Positions 1 through 10,560 of a DNA stretch of 64,000 nt are shown piece by piece. The notes beneath the pieces are model-generated. The model saw only the letters and a program-made list of their open reading frames with translations. It did no database searches and was not told the DNA's origin. The position numbers were made by a program, and so were the translations under genes. How positions within the stretch are numbered: the stretch's first letter is position 1; the number at the start of each line of letters is the position of its first letter. The stretch is from the NCBI GenBank assembly GCA_965248445.1, contig CBDFJG010000004.1, positions 1,088,001 to 1,152,000 on the forward strand, read 5' to 3'. The stretch comes from Planctomycetota bacterium (GTDB lineage: Bacteria; Planctomycetota; JAJSAM01; JAJVHW01).

Positions 1-47
1 CCCGATCACGCGCTGAGGCCGCGGATCGTCATACCCTGAACGGGTAC
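1..47 (+). mobile_element. Right end of a second IS66 copy (truncated by window start)
   Basis: 1-47 is the exact reverse complement of 6890-6936. It contains the last transposase codons and the terminal repeat CTGAACGGGTAC. Confidence 0.95.
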
Positions 48-1317
48 ATCCCGCCAGGGCTCGCGGCGTCGTCTCTCTTCTTGGGCAACGAGGAGCGGCT
101 AGCAGCCGACGAAGACGACGCCGTCGTCCCGGTCGCCCCCGCTTCGCCGCCGACCGCGCCCGCAACGCCTCCCGCCGATCCCCGGGTTGACGCGGGCGCG
201 AACTGGCGCGACGACCCGGACCGCGTCGAGTCCGGCGAGTTGGGCCCCGCGCACATCAAGATCATCTCAGGGCCGGCGGCCGCGCCCCTGAGGTTGCCCC
301 AGCGGGCACCCGAGATCCCTGGGTACGTCGACGAGCCGCACATGCGCATCGCGCCCGGCACGACGCAGTGCTGGGCAACGACGCATGAGGGCCTCCGGTG
401 CTGGCGGAGGACCAAGTTCCCGAGCCACCGGTGCTACGTGCACTTGGGGCCGTTCGATGACGTCGACGGACTCGCGGCCGCGCAGGCGCGAGTGGACGCC
501 GCCCTCCGAGACCGCGTGGATCACGACGAGGAGACGCACGAGCTGGTCATCGACTCCTCGGCGGAGGCGGTCCGGGTCACAGTTCCGTGCACCTTCGACG
601 TGCAGTGGGCCAATGGCCACGGCGGTACTCTCTCATTCGTCCGCTTCTCGATCGGCGCAGATGTCACCGCCATCGAGGAGATCGACTACTTCGCCTTCTC
701 GATGCGACGCGATGTTACGGGTGCGGATTGGACCGCTCGGCGCGCGCGTGTCCCGACCAAGGAGATCGCGGCGCTCGTGCACCTGGCCCGTGCGCAGGAC
801 CGCACGGTCGCCGAACTCCGATTGCGCCCCGGCGCGGACGAAAAATGGGGCGGGGGATCGGGCCTCCGCTTCGTCCTGACGCGCGTGGTCGCGGGCGGGC
901 GCCGCCTGTTGGAGCGCGAGTTCTCCGGCAGCCCAAGGTTTCCTGAGCGGCCGCAAACCGCCGGGCTTCAGTTCGTCGCGGGCGCGGTCCGCGAGCACCT
1001 CGACGCCATCACCTCTTGGACGGAAGTGCCCCCCGAGGACCTGCGCGCTACGCACTGGAACGACGCTTTCGTAGCGAACGCGGACATGATGCTCCGTAAC
1101 AAGTGGGTGATGCACCGCTCCGTCGAGGCGCTCGGCGTGTTCGGAACGCCAGCGGCGGTTCCGACGCTGCGCCGTCTCGACGCTGTCGGGTCTCGGTCCG
1201 CGGTCCCTCGCGCGGCTCCGCAACGCGCTCGCACGCCCTGAGTACTACCTCATGGGCGATCCACGGACCATCCCGTGGATTGGGCCGCCGACCGTGCCTC
1301 CCGAGGACGAGAAGTAG
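48..1317 (+). pseudogene. C-terminal part of an IS66-split lipoprotein, paralog of 10561..11571, with a frameshift near 1190-1210
   Basis: Shares long stretches with 10561..11571 (GLAAAQARVDA, ELVIDSSAEA, PCTFDVQW.NGHGG, LRATHW, RSVEALG.FGTP). The homologous tail RNALARPEYYLMGDP continues in another frame to TAG at 1315-1317. The N-terminus is at 8612-8422. Confidence 0.8.
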
Positions 1318-1409
1318 AACTCCGGCGCGGAGGACGCGGACGAGAAGTGAAGAACTTTCTTGGCTGCGGGACCGTCCAACTCGCTCACCAGCATGGAAGG
1401 ACCGTGTGC

Positions 1410-1742
1410 ATGCTCCTCGACAGATTCGTCGTCTTCTTCGTCACGTGGACGGTCCTCGTGCTGGCGAACGGTCTCTTCCTGTGGAAGGGATCGCCCGCGG
1501 CGAAGCGGGCGTGGTTCCCACGCATCGCGATCCTCGAGTGCGTCATCTTCGTTGCGTTCACGTACTGGGTCGCGCCGCATGCGCTGGTTCTCTGCGTGGT
1601 CGTTCCGATCGCGGCGGTCATGGCGTTCCTCAACGTCCGCACCATCAGGTTCTGCGCCAGTTGCGGCGCCGTCCATCAGAGTTTCGGACCGTTCAGGGCG
1701 CACGACGGCTGCTGTCGGAAGTGCGGAACGGATCTCTCGTAG
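1410..1742 (+). CDS. Small membrane protein with a C-terminal CxxC...CxxC zinc-ribbon-like motif
   Basis: Three hydrophobic segments, then FCASCG...CCRKCG. GGAAGG precedes the start, and the stop abuts the next ATG. Confidence 0.6.
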   Translation: MLLDRFVVFFVTWTVLVLANGLFLWKGSPAAKRAWFPRIAILECVIFVAFTYWVAPHALVLCVVVPIAAVMAFLNVRTIRFCASCGAVHQSFGPFRAHDGCCRKCGTDLS

Positions 1743-2879
1743 ATGAGAACCCGCATGCAGTCATGGCATCGCACAGCACTGGTCGCACTCGTTGCGTTCT
1801 GCGCCGGCGCACTGATCGCGACAGCGGTCGTTCCGGGAGTGGAGCGCGACGGTGCGCCTGCGCAACAACCGTCGCCGGACGTCCCCGTGGAGCAGGCCGC
1901 GCCGCCCCCGCGGGAGCGCGTCCGCGTCAACGATGTTGACGCAGCCCTCTCTGGGGACGAACTCGAGTTCCTGCGACGCGCCCTCGCGGCGGAGCGCGTG
2001 CGGCGTCGCGGGGCACGCATCCCTCAAGACCTTCCAGGCCTCGACGTCGTGCAGAGGTGGATCGATGGGGCCGACGTGACGGACCTCGTCTCCGATTTCG
2101 CGGCGATGCGCGCGCATGTCCGCACGGCGCCCGAGCCCGTCGCGTTCGTCGCGTCGACCGGAGGGCGCACCGACGTCGACCTGAGCGACTACGCCATCGG
2201 CGATTCGGGCGTCATAGAGTTCGGGCCCGGCACGTTCGTGCTTCAGACGGAGAACGACGCCTGGAACGAGACACGGGGCAACACCGAGTCGCTGGAGATC
2301 CGCGGCGCCGGCATGGACAAGACCACGCTGATCGCACCCATGCACGCGTTCCTCGTGGTGAACAAGGGAGGCTACCTGCGCAACGTCGTGATCCGCGACC
2401 TGACCATCGACGCTGACGGCGAAGCGATCATTCTCAGCACAGGTGGCGGGTTGGCCGTCGCGCTCGAACGCGTCCGCCTCCGCGGCTGGAAGCTGGCAGG
2501 CCACGCTGCGGCCATCGGCGTGACCGGCAGCGGATTCCTGGCGCTCAGGGGCTGCGAGATCATCGGCCCGGGCGACGGCTTTGCGCTGAGCCTCCGGGGG
2601 CGCACTCTGGCGACTCTCGACTGGTGCACCATCAAGGATGTCGAGCAGGTATTCGTGGGGTGGGAGAGCCCGCGTGCTCACGGCTTCGCGTACGCCCGTG
2701 ATTGTCGGTTCGAGAACGCGAAGCTCGCGGACTCGCGCGCCACGGGCGTTGAGATCCACGTCTCCGGCGGGTCGGTGCTCCTCGGCTCGGCCGGGGAGTC
2801 CGAGGAAGCTCGTTTGGAGCGGTGGGGAGCGAAGTACGCGAAGTCCGTCGAAGACCTCATCTTCGAGGACGTCGAGTAA
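1743..2879 (+). CDS. Secreted/anchored protein with a probable right-handed beta-helix (pectin-lyase-like) domain
   Basis: N-terminal hydrophobic segment. The pattern FGPGTF...LEIRGAGMDKTTL...NVVIRDLTID is typical of beta-helix starts. Confidence 0.6.
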   Translation: MRTRMQSWHRTALVALVAFCAGALIATAVVPGVERDGAPAQQPSPDVPVEQAAPPPRERVRVNDVDAALSGDELEFLRRALAAERVRRRGARIPQDLPGLDVVQRWIDGADVTDLVSDFAAMRAHVRTAPEPVAFVASTGGRTDVDLSDYAIGDSGVIEFGPGTFVLQTENDAWNETRGNTESLEIRGAGMDKTTLIAPMHAFLVVNKGGYLRNVVIRDLTIDADGEAIILSTGGGLAVALERVRLRGWKLAGHAAAIGVTGSGFLALRGCEIIGPGDGFALSLRGRTLATLDWCTIKDVEQVFVGWESPRAHGFAYARDCRFENAKLADSRATGVEIHVSGGSVLLGSAGESEEARLERWGAKYAKSVEDLIFEDVE

Positions 2880-3500
2880 GTGCGAAGTCGAATCGCGTGG
2901 TGGAGTCTGGCCGCCGTGCTCGCCGTGGCGTGCGGTGACGCGGACCCCGCCCCTGCGTTCGCCCCCGGCTACGTGACCGCGGAGCCGATCGAGCCGGGCT
3001 ACGACATCTACCGGATCGTGTACGACGTTCCGCAGCTGCGTCCCGACGTGGCGATGGTGATGTGGAACACGCAGGGCGATGGCGGCATGGTCTACTCGAT
3101 CCGAGCTGCAGAAGAAGACCTGCGGATCCGGTCCGTCGCGGAACTCAAGCCGTACGTGGCACCGATCGAGACCGCCGACGACGCCATCGCGTACGCCCGG
3201 CTCGTTCGCTACACCTTCGACATTCCGGAGGCCGAGGTCCCCGGGGAATCGTTCAACCGTTTCGCCGTCGGCATCAAGGAGAAGTTCGGCGCCGAACTCG
3301 AGACGACGGCTGAGCGGAATATCGGTTTGCTTCCGGCAGGGTGGGTCGTGCGCCGCGCCATCATGGAACACGTCGACCGAGAGTGGCGACTCGTGAGGCT
3401 CGAAGAGCACATTGACGCCGACGGCACCTACACGTTCAACCGGCTCCGCACTCTCGCCTCCGGCGACGAGGCGCGGCCTTTCGTAGTCTGGCGCCACTGA
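2880..3500 (+). CDS. Hypothetical lipoprotein
   Basis: Lipobox-like LAVAC. Translationally coupled to both neighbours and similar to 3500..4129. Confidence 0.7.
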   Translation: MRSRIAWWSLAAVLAVACGDADPAPAFAPGYVTAEPIEPGYDIYRIVYDVPQLRPDVAMVMWNTQGDGGMVYSIRAAEEDLRIRSVAELKPYVAPIETADDAIAYARLVRYTFDIPEAEVPGESFNRFAVGIKEKFGAELETTAERNIGLLPAGWVVRRAIMEHVDREWRLVRLEEHIDADGTYTFNRLRTLASGDEARPFVVWRH

Positions 3501-4129
3501 TGAGACGACTGGTCTTGTGCGCAACGGTGGGGACGATTCTGCTCGCGGCGGTCGCGGTGTGGTCCTTGCTGGACGTGTACCGGCCCCATCCCGAGCACAT
3601 TCTGACGGGCGACTGGATCACCGTCCGCGAGCACTCCGAAGCGGTGCTCCCGGACGGGGTGACGCTCGTCGTGGGGCACTTCGACAACGGCTACCCGGAC
3701 CTCCGCTCGCAGGTGCGCGACGTCGACGGCAACTTGCACCTGATGAAGAAGATCCAGGACTTTCAGGTGCACCTCGCTCCGCTGACGTCCGCCGAACTCG
3801 CGCTCGCCTACAGCGACTGCCTACGGCGCCTCCACCTGCGGAACGGCGACGTCCGCGGGCGGACCTCGTGGTCGGTGGGCGAATGGACGAGATCCCGTGA
3901 ATTCTACGAGCAGGCGCAGGCCATGGGCGTCGACGGCCACACCAGGGTCGTGCAAGAGCATGAGACGGGGTGGGTGCTCTTCCGGCCCACGCTTCACTAC
4001 ATCGACAGCAAGCTCTGCCTCGTGAGGCTTGTGGAGAGGATCGGGCGGGACGGCCAGTACCGGTTCAAGATCGAAGAGACGCTGGCCCCGGACGCCTCGG
4101 GGCTGCTCTACAGAAGGGAAGACTACTGA
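3500..4129 (+). CDS. Hypothetical membrane-anchored protein, paralog of 2880..3500
   Basis: TGATG overlap and an N-terminal TM. GWV..R....D....LVRL.E.I..DG.Y.F is shared with the upstream gene. Confidence 0.7.
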   Translation: MRRLVLCATVGTILLAAVAVWSLLDVYRPHPEHILTGDWITVREHSEAVLPDGVTLVVGHFDNGYPDLRSQVRDVDGNLHLMKKIQDFQVHLAPLTSAELALAYSDCLRRLHLRNGDVRGRTSWSVGEWTRSREFYEQAQAMGVDGHTRVVQEHETGWVLFRPTLHYIDSKLCLVRLVERIGRDGQYRFKIEETLAPDASGLLYRREDY

Positions 4130-5340
4130 TGACAGGAACGCGCACCCGTTGTCTCAGCGCGGCGCTCACGTTGGCGCTGCTCGCATCCCCGGCGTTCGCG
4201 CAGGATCCGGACCCGAACGCCATCGTGGCGTTGAACAACGTCGCGCACGCGCTCTCCGAGGTGTCCTCGCCCGTGACGCTGGCGCGCGTCGGCCGCGTAC
4301 ATGGGCGTTGCGCGGACACGCTGGAGGACGCGGCCAAGTACCACCTCAACGTGCTGCAGCGTGCCGCCGAGGGGCGCGGCGATGAGGCGCAACGCGCGTT
4401 CGCGGCGACGAGATGGTATCGGTTCGCCCACCGGCGCAAACTCGAGCACCGCGGGGCGATTGCGTTCTTGCTGTCGAGCCAGGACCCCATCAACTGGGCA
4501 ACCGCGAGCGCGGTGTTGGCGCGACAGCGTCCGTCCGCCATCGCCCGTCACCTACGGTCGGACGAGCGACCAGAGATCAGGCTGATCGGTGCGCGGCTTG
4601 CCAAGTTCACCTACCTCTTCGGCCCCGACAAGGACCGGGAGCACGCGATCAAGGCGGCCGTGCGCTCGCTTAGCGTCGAAGACGTAGGCGTGGCGGTCCG
4701 GTTCGCGCGAGACGCGTACGACTTCCGAGAGCTGCGCGTTGTCGACGCGCTGGCCGCCCTGCTTCGGGAGACCCGGGTGGTCGAAAGAGACGGGCGGCAC
4801 GGGCGCGTCTGTGACTTGGTGGGCCCGCTGCTGCATGGCCAGCTGATGAGCGATCCCGCGCTGGACGACGTGCGCGACGAATTCCCAGAGCACTACGACC
4901 AACACCTGCTTCTGCGGTGGCTCAAGGAGAACAGGGATCGCCTGGACTTCGACCGGCCGGGCGACGGTCGCGTCATCGTTCTCAACGAGGTGGTCCGTCT
5001 GGAGGAAGACGAGCCGAGGCGACTCGAGCTGCCGGGCGATCTCGGTTCATTGACGTTCAACGTCTCGAACGTCAGGCGGGGGGCCTTCGCGACGCGTGGC
5101 GCGCTCATCGCGTTCGACCTGTCCTGCAAGGGGGAGGGGGAGGTGAGCGTAGACGGGTCCAATAGCGACGGCCCCATGTTCGGGCTCTACGAAGTTCATG
5201 GCATGGGCATCAGTGCGGGCTCTAGGAAAGTCGACATGCGGATGTTCCTGAAGGCCACGACCGAGGAGGGGCGCTACGACATGCACTTCTTGGTCGGATT
5301 GACTCGGGGGCTCCATCCTCGCGGCGGACATCCAAGGTGA
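4129..5340 (+). CDS. Hypothetical secreted protein
   Basis: ATG overlaps the upstream stop. Signal peptide ends in ASPAFA-Q. Confidence 0.65.
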   Translation: MTGTRTRCLSAALTLALLASPAFAQDPDPNAIVALNNVAHALSEVSSPVTLARVGRVHGRCADTLEDAAKYHLNVLQRAAEGRGDEAQRAFAATRWYRFAHRRKLEHRGAIAFLLSSQDPINWATASAVLARQRPSAIARHLRSDERPEIRLIGARLAKFTYLFGPDKDREHAIKAAVRSLSVEDVGVAVRFARDAYDFRELRVVDALAALLRETRVVERDGRHGRVCDLVGPLLHGQLMSDPALDDVRDEFPEHYDQHLLLRWLKENRDRLDFDRPGDGRVIVLNEVVRLEEDEPRRLELPGDLGSLTFNVSNVRRGAFATRGALIAFDLSCKGEGEVSVDGSNSDGPMFGLYEVHGMGISAGSRKVDMRMFLKATTEEGRYDMHFLVGLTRGLHPRGGHPR

Positions 5341-6233
5341 CCCCGCCCCCCGCTCGCCCGTCACGCGTCGCGTCGCCCGTCGTCGCGCTCCTGCTGGCGG
5401 CGCTCGCGCTCGGTGGCTGCTACTGGTGCGCAGGGGACGACGACGCGGCGGCGCCCGACGCTTGGTGGATGCCTACAACTGGAACTACGCTAGTTGCGAC
5501 GCAGGAAGTCAAGCGAGACGGCGTAGCCTCGACGAGTCGCGCCGCGACCGCGTGGTCGTTTGAATCGGCGGGGGAGCGCGGTTGTCCCACGCGCGTGGTC
5601 GTCGCGCCCGTAGGCATGGCCGACGGACATCTGGCGAGCCTTCGTATCGACGATCTCGGGACGCTGCAGAGCGTCGAGTTGGGAGATCTGGCTGACGCTC
5701 TCACGGCGGAGTACGCCCAGTCCGCCGACCAGCTCTCTCGCGATCTGGCTCTGTCGCCGGAAGGGGCCGCGAAGGCGAAGCTAAGGATCGCGATGCTGTG
5801 GCTGGCCACAGGCGCGGGGTGGGTGCGACAGCTCTCGGAGGACGAGGATGTTGGCACTGGCTCGCTGGTCGTGCCGGTTGTCGGCGGCGTCGCCCGCGTG
5901 CAGTGCACGATACAACGCGGTGGGGAACCGAAGGCGGGATCGACTGGCTTCGTCGCGTCCTACTCGGTGACTGGGCACAACGCTCGAGAACTCCGGCCCG
6001 AGTTGCTCCGTCGAATTCGCGCGACAGACGACATAGGCGAGAGGCTCTGGGCGCACACCACCGTCGATGTACGCGGCACCATTGAGTGCCACATCAGCAA
6101 CGACACGCGCCGGCCCGTGTCCGCGGTCTGGGAGGAGACGACTGAACTCGGGCTGGGCGGGGAGACCACGTCGAGTTCGACAGAAGTTCAGTCGATAGCG
6201 TTCGACTTCCGCGAGAAAAGGGAGTCGCGGTGA
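5337..6233 (+). CDS. Hypothetical lipoprotein/secreted protein
   Basis: GTGA overlap with the upstream gene. Hydrophobic leader with LGGC. Confidence 0.55.
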   Translation: MTPPPARPSRVASPVVALLLAALALGGCYWCAGDDDAAAPDAWWMPTTGTTLVATQEVKRDGVASTSRAATAWSFESAGERGCPTRVVVAPVGMADGHLASLRIDDLGTLQSVELGDLADALTAEYAQSADQLSRDLALSPEGAAKAKLRIAMLWLATGAGWVRQLSEDEDVGTGSLVVPVVGGVARVQCTIQRGGEPKAGSTGFVASYSVTGHNARELRPELLRRIRATDDIGERLWAHTTVDVRGTIECHISNDTRRPVSAVWEETTELGLGGETTSSSTEVQSIAFDFREKRESR

Positions 6234-6246
6234 AACTGCTGACTAG

Positions 6247-6889
6247 CCGCATCTGTTCACGAGACGTCGCGATGACGGTGCTTTCGGAGTCCACAGGGTC
6301 AGATCTTGGCCAGGCGAGGGCGGATGCTGTCGTCGTTGCCACAAGGGCAACGCGAGTGAGCGGCCGAAACGGCGCGGATTCTGCGGTGTGGGCAGACCGT
6401 AGGCCGGGCGGTGGTGTGGCGGACGGCGCGGCGGGACGTCAGGTCGGCTTCGGGGATGCCAGCAGTCGTTGCGCGCAGCGCTCGAAGACGTGCTGCCAGG
6501 GCCACGACGAGGACATCGAGACCCAGATCCGGCGCGTCGTGATCCGCACGAGCGCGCCGATCTTGAGCAGCCGCAGGCGGATCGTGCCGGCTTGCGCACG
6601 CGCCATCTCGGTGCCGGCGAGACCGATGCGTCGCAGCGCACAGGTCAGGACGTAGGCCATGGCCGACATGGCCATCCGCACGGCGTTGCCCTGCATCGTG
6701 TGCACCGACAGACGGGTGCCGAAGAGCTCGAGCTGCTGCTCCTTGATGCGATTCTCCGCCTCGCCCCGGGCGCAGTAGAGCTGCTCGTAGAGACGCTTGC
6801 TGCTCCAGCTACGAGGCGGCAGATTGGTCACCACGAAGCGGGGATTGCGCTTGCCGCCCGGCAGGTGCTCGGCCTTGGCGACCACGCGA
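6247..6889 (-). mobile_element. 3' fragment of an IS1380-family element (transposase C-terminus 6439-6889), cut by IS66
   Basis: RVVAKAEHL..NPRFVVTNL...LYCARGEAENRIKEQQL.LF..R.S..AN.VR...IRLRLLKIGA is characteristic of IS1380 DDE transposases. A putative end GTGAACAGATGCGG sits next to CTAG at 6243-6246. Confidence 0.85.
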
Positions 6890-8421
6890 GTACCCGTTCA
6901 GGGTATGACGATCCGCGGCCTCAGCGCGTGATCGGGAGCGCGACGAGAGCCGGCGGCGAGCGGTTGTGCGCGAGTGCCGCGCTGACGTCTGCGAGGTAAT
7001 CGAAGACGCTCTCGCCACGCTGGCGGAGCGTGGCGGTGACGGTCAGGATGCGCTCGACGAAGCGGAGTCCGCGCTCGCTCTGACTTCCGTGCGTTGCGCG
7101 TCTCCACAGGACCGGCTTGCGCACCGCGCGCTCAGCGGCGTTGTTCGTCGGGGAGACGCCAGGGACGTCGGCGAAGGTCCACAGAGCCTCCGCTCGGTCG
7201 AGCAGATGCCGAGTCGTTCCGCGTACTCGGCGGTGCTTGCTGTCTGCGCCGCGCACGAGCAGCGTCAGGAGTCGGTCCCATGTGAGACGCAGCTCACGCC
7301 GCATGCGGTCGCGGTCCCCGTGCTCGCCGAAGTGACGCTGAGCTCGCATGACAGCCTGGGCGAGACGCACGGCCTGCTTGCCGAAGCGCCGGCCGCCGCG
7401 CGAGCCCTCGGCCAGCGCTCGAAAGTCCCTCTCGAGATGCGCCCAGCAGATCTGGCGGCGCTCGGTGGGATGCTGGTCGTAAGCGCCCATACGGTCGGTC
7501 ACGAGGACGCCCCTGAAGCGCTTGCCCACGAGTCGCCGCATGGCCTTGGCGCTCCTGCGCCGATCGATACGATGGACCGTGGCGTGCTCACAGACCGCGC
7601 TCCACAGCCAATGCAGCGTGCCACGACGCGACCACGGTGTCTCGTCTACATAGGCGACGCTGCTCGTGCGTACGGCCCCGAGGGCCTCGATGTGCGCTGA
7701 GGAGATGGCTCCCGACACCCGCTCCTCGATCGCACTGACCGTGCCCGGTGACATCGAGACGCCGATGACGTCACGCAACAGACGACTGGTCTCGCGCCGC
7801 GACAGGCGGAAGACGCCGACCAGAGCCGCGGTGAGCGCACAGAGTCGCGGGCCGAAGGGACTCGCCGTCACACCGCTTGGCAGCGAGGCAGTGGACGTGG
7901 CGCCACAGTCCGTGCACCGTGCCCGGTGCAACCGGTGCTCGGTCACCTGGATCAGCCGTGGCGGGACCTCGAAGACCTGCTGGCGTGTCGGGGCGCGATC
8001 GATCGGGACGAGCACGTCGCTCCCACACGCGCTGCACTCGCGCGGGCGGTGGTCCTCTACGCCATCGACCTCGGACTCGTCCACGAGCTTGCGCGTCGCC
8101 CCTTTGTGGCCGGGCTGCGCACCCTGGCGCTTGTCCGACGGCGGCTTGCGCCGCCGCCGCTTCTTGGACCACGACGGATCCGAGGACGGTGGGCGCGAGG
8201 AGGTGCGGGAGTCCCGGCGAAGACGGCTCTCGAGATCGTCGATCCGTGCCGCCTGCCGCTCGATCACCTCCGCCTGCTCGGCAATCGTCTCGTCCCGAGC
8301 GTCCAGACGACGGGTCAGGCGCTCGACCAGATCACGCAGCTCATCGGTGCCCACATCCGATTCATCGACCGAACGGAAAGCGATCTGGATCCGAGCTCAG
8401 AACCAAGGGCTGAACGGGTAC
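6890..8421 (-). mobile_element. IS66-family insertion sequence, single-ORF (ISBst12-like) type, 1532 bp
   Basis: 12-bp terminal inverted repeats GTACCCGTTCAG (6890-6901) and CTGAACGGGTAC (8410-8421) enclose one transposase ORF. Confidence 0.93.
6921..8354 (-). CDS. IS66 family transposase (TnpC-like)
   Basis: Coiled coil, SS.PPSSD, GAQPGH.G, CxxC zinc finger, DET.W, VTDR..AY, Q.CWAHL.R, PTNN.AER..R motifs. Confidence 0.95.
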   Translation of the reverse strand: MGTDELRDLVERLTRRLDARDETIAEQAEVIERQAARIDDLESRLRRDSRTSSRPPSSDPSWSKKRRRRKPPSDKRQGAQPGHKGATRKLVDESEVDGVEDHRPRECSACGSDVLVPIDRAPTRQQVFEVPPRLIQVTEHRLHRARCTDCGATSTASLPSGVTASPFGPRLCALTAALVGVFRLSRRETSRLLRDVIGVSMSPGTVSAIEERVSGAISSAHIEALGAVRTSSVAYVDETPWSRRGTLHWLWSAVCEHATVHRIDRRRSAKAMRRLVGKRFRGVLVTDRMGAYDQHPTERRQICWAHLERDFRALAEGSRGGRRFGKQAVRLAQAVMRAQRHFGEHGDRDRMRRELRLTWDRLLTLLVRGADSKHRRVRGTTRHLLDRAEALWTFADVPGVSPTNNAAERAVRKPVLWRRATHGSQSERGLRFVERILTVTATLRQRGESVFDYLADVSAALAHNRSPPALVALPITR

Positions 8422-8612
8422 GGCGGGATGGCGATGAGCCCGCAGGGACCGTCACGATGCGTTCGCGGGGGCGGAGGCGGCGGGTAGGTGACGTGCACGC
8501 GGACGGGCAGCTCGGGCGCCACCACGACAGCCGCCGGCGGCTGCTTGCAGCACGCGGAGAGCGCCAGGACGGCGCAGAGGAGGAGAGCGGGCCGGAACCG
8601 TGTGAGCTTCAT
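8422..8612 (-). pseudogene. N-terminal part of an IS66-interrupted lipoprotein (continues at 48..1317)
   Basis: MKLTRFRPALLLCAVLALSAC lipoprotein signal. It ends at ATCCCGCC, which also flanks the other IS copy at 48-55, and the join is in frame (GLIA-IPP-GLAASS). Confidence 0.85.
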
Positions 8613-10536
8613 CGTCGCTCGCGAGGCGAGACGTCGAACGTGACGGTCGAATTCTCCCCCGAACGCACACGGACGGACTGCGCTCCGGTCACTGACCAAT
8701 CCGCCCCGAGGTCCCCCACGAACTCCAACTTCCACTCGCCCTCTCGAAGAATGCAACCCCCGGAGCGATCTCGTGGCTGTCACCTGGGGACGTGACTCTG
8801 ACGCTGAATGGAGCCGTATTTCCGCCCTCAAGGGGGACTCCATCTAGTCGTACCTGCGCCGTCACGGTCCCTCCGCGCGTCATGGGGATCTCGACGGCCA
8901 GGGGATCGACTCCAGGCGGTACGTCAACGTCAGCGCTCGCCACCAGCAACTCGCTCTTCTTGCCTACGTCGCCCACCTCCACGCGAAGCCTGTCCGCGCA
9001 GGTCCGGATCGAATACCGCTTCCCAACCTCGATCGTCTTGACTTCCCCCTGTGACGCAAACAGCGGATGGTCCCACCCTTCGCCGCGCCGCGGAGCCGAG
9101 ACCTCGACGTACCCACCAAACGCCTCGTGATCGCTCGTGCTGGGCCACAGCAGCACAATCTCGACAGTTCGGGGTGGCCCAATCGCTATCACCAGATCTC
9201 GACCCGGCGCGTGCAGCATCCCTGACCATCCGTAGGGCCGAATTCGTGCGAGGTAGCGACCAGGGCGGAGGTTCCCGATCGAGAACTCGGCGACCGTGCC
9301 GTCGCCGGTCGTGTCAGACTTGAACGTAACGGAGTCCTGCGACCAGTGGCCATGAGCAGGCGAAGTGGAGTCGTCGTAGAGCAGATTCAGGAATCCCTCG
9401 CCGCCGCCCTCGCTACCCCACCCCGGGTCAACCTGGATCGAGCCCTCGCACGAGACGCGCTCGACGAGTGGGGGGCCGTCGAGGACGCACTCGGTCGGCT
9501 CCTCCGTGTCGTGGACGACGACGCGTGCCTCAGCCCAAGTCGGCTGCTGCAACCGCGGCCCGAGGAAGGTCTCTCGCACCACCAGATCCCAGGTCCCTAC
9601 GGCCACGCCGGTCAGTTCGAACTTCCCGTCCCCCCGACGATCGGGACGGATCACCTGAGCGACGCCGTAGCTGGACGACCGCAGGACCAGACTCGGCCGG
9701 GTCAGCTGGCTCCAGCCACTCACGTTCACGTTGATGCGACCGGCGCGCGGGGGCGTGACCATAGCGAGCGACGCAACCCGCGACGCGACCCACGCGCTCC
9801 CCGGCTCTCTAACACAGACGACCCGGTCGAGGGGATCAACCGGACCAGCAAACCGCGCGCTGCGGTCGGGACCCGTCGGTGGCAAGAGATCCAGGGGTTT
9901 CGGATCAAGATCATCCTCAAGCCACGTGGGCAGGACGACGGGTCCGCCTGGTCGGACGCCGCGAACGTAGGACTCGTTGACTGCGACCGCCTCGAGGTTC
10001 GGGCTCGGCTCTACCCCGAGTCGCCCGCTCCACAGGACGCCGACGACAACCTCGAACGTCCCGTCGTCCAGGTCGACTCCGGAGTTCCATGGCATGGTGT
10101 GGAAGCCGTTCCGCTTGATGACCGAGCGCACGACCCACTCGCGCTCGCCGGCATCCGGTAGCACTACGGCGATACTCTCGGGATCGGCGCCAGCCGGCGC
10201 AATGTGCCACAGAACGCCCTCTGCATCGATCGCTTGGAAGACGATCCAAACCGGGTCCCAATCGGAACCGGGGAAGTCTTCGCGATCTTCCAGCAGTCTG
10301 CCGACGAGCGCGGTTGCTCCGTCCTCTAGTTGCGGGCGGCCGCCGCCGTCCACCGGACGGATATCTGCGCGCGCTCTCGGCGCGCGGGCGCTCTCGTCGG
10401 CCACGACGACGGGGGCGTCGCCGTCGCTCTCACGTGGCGACTCGACGGACTGAGCCGCCGCCCACCACAACACGATCACGAGCGAGAGCGCGAGCAGCGC
10501 CGCCGCCAGGGCGGTGCGGGGGAGCTTCATCGCCAC
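8609..10536 (-). CDS. Membrane-anchored protein with tandem beta-sandwich (carboxypeptidase-regulatory-like) domains; probable frameshift near 8749
   Basis: N-terminal TM and LRPGRY/VAVGTW strand motifs. An alternative-frame tail LREGEWKLEF...VRVRSGENSTVTFDV ends in a TGA overlapping the ATG at 8612. Confidence 0.6.
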
Positions 10537-10560
10537 CGGTGCTCGTGTCCGCGGGGGCGC

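Noticed and set aside
1410..6233. Integron cassette array
   Set aside because: The genes abut or overlap, leaving no room for attC sites, and the integrase shows no IntI-type features.
6230..6655. 141-aa plus-strand ORF
   Set aside because: All but the first few codons are antisense IS1380 sequence.
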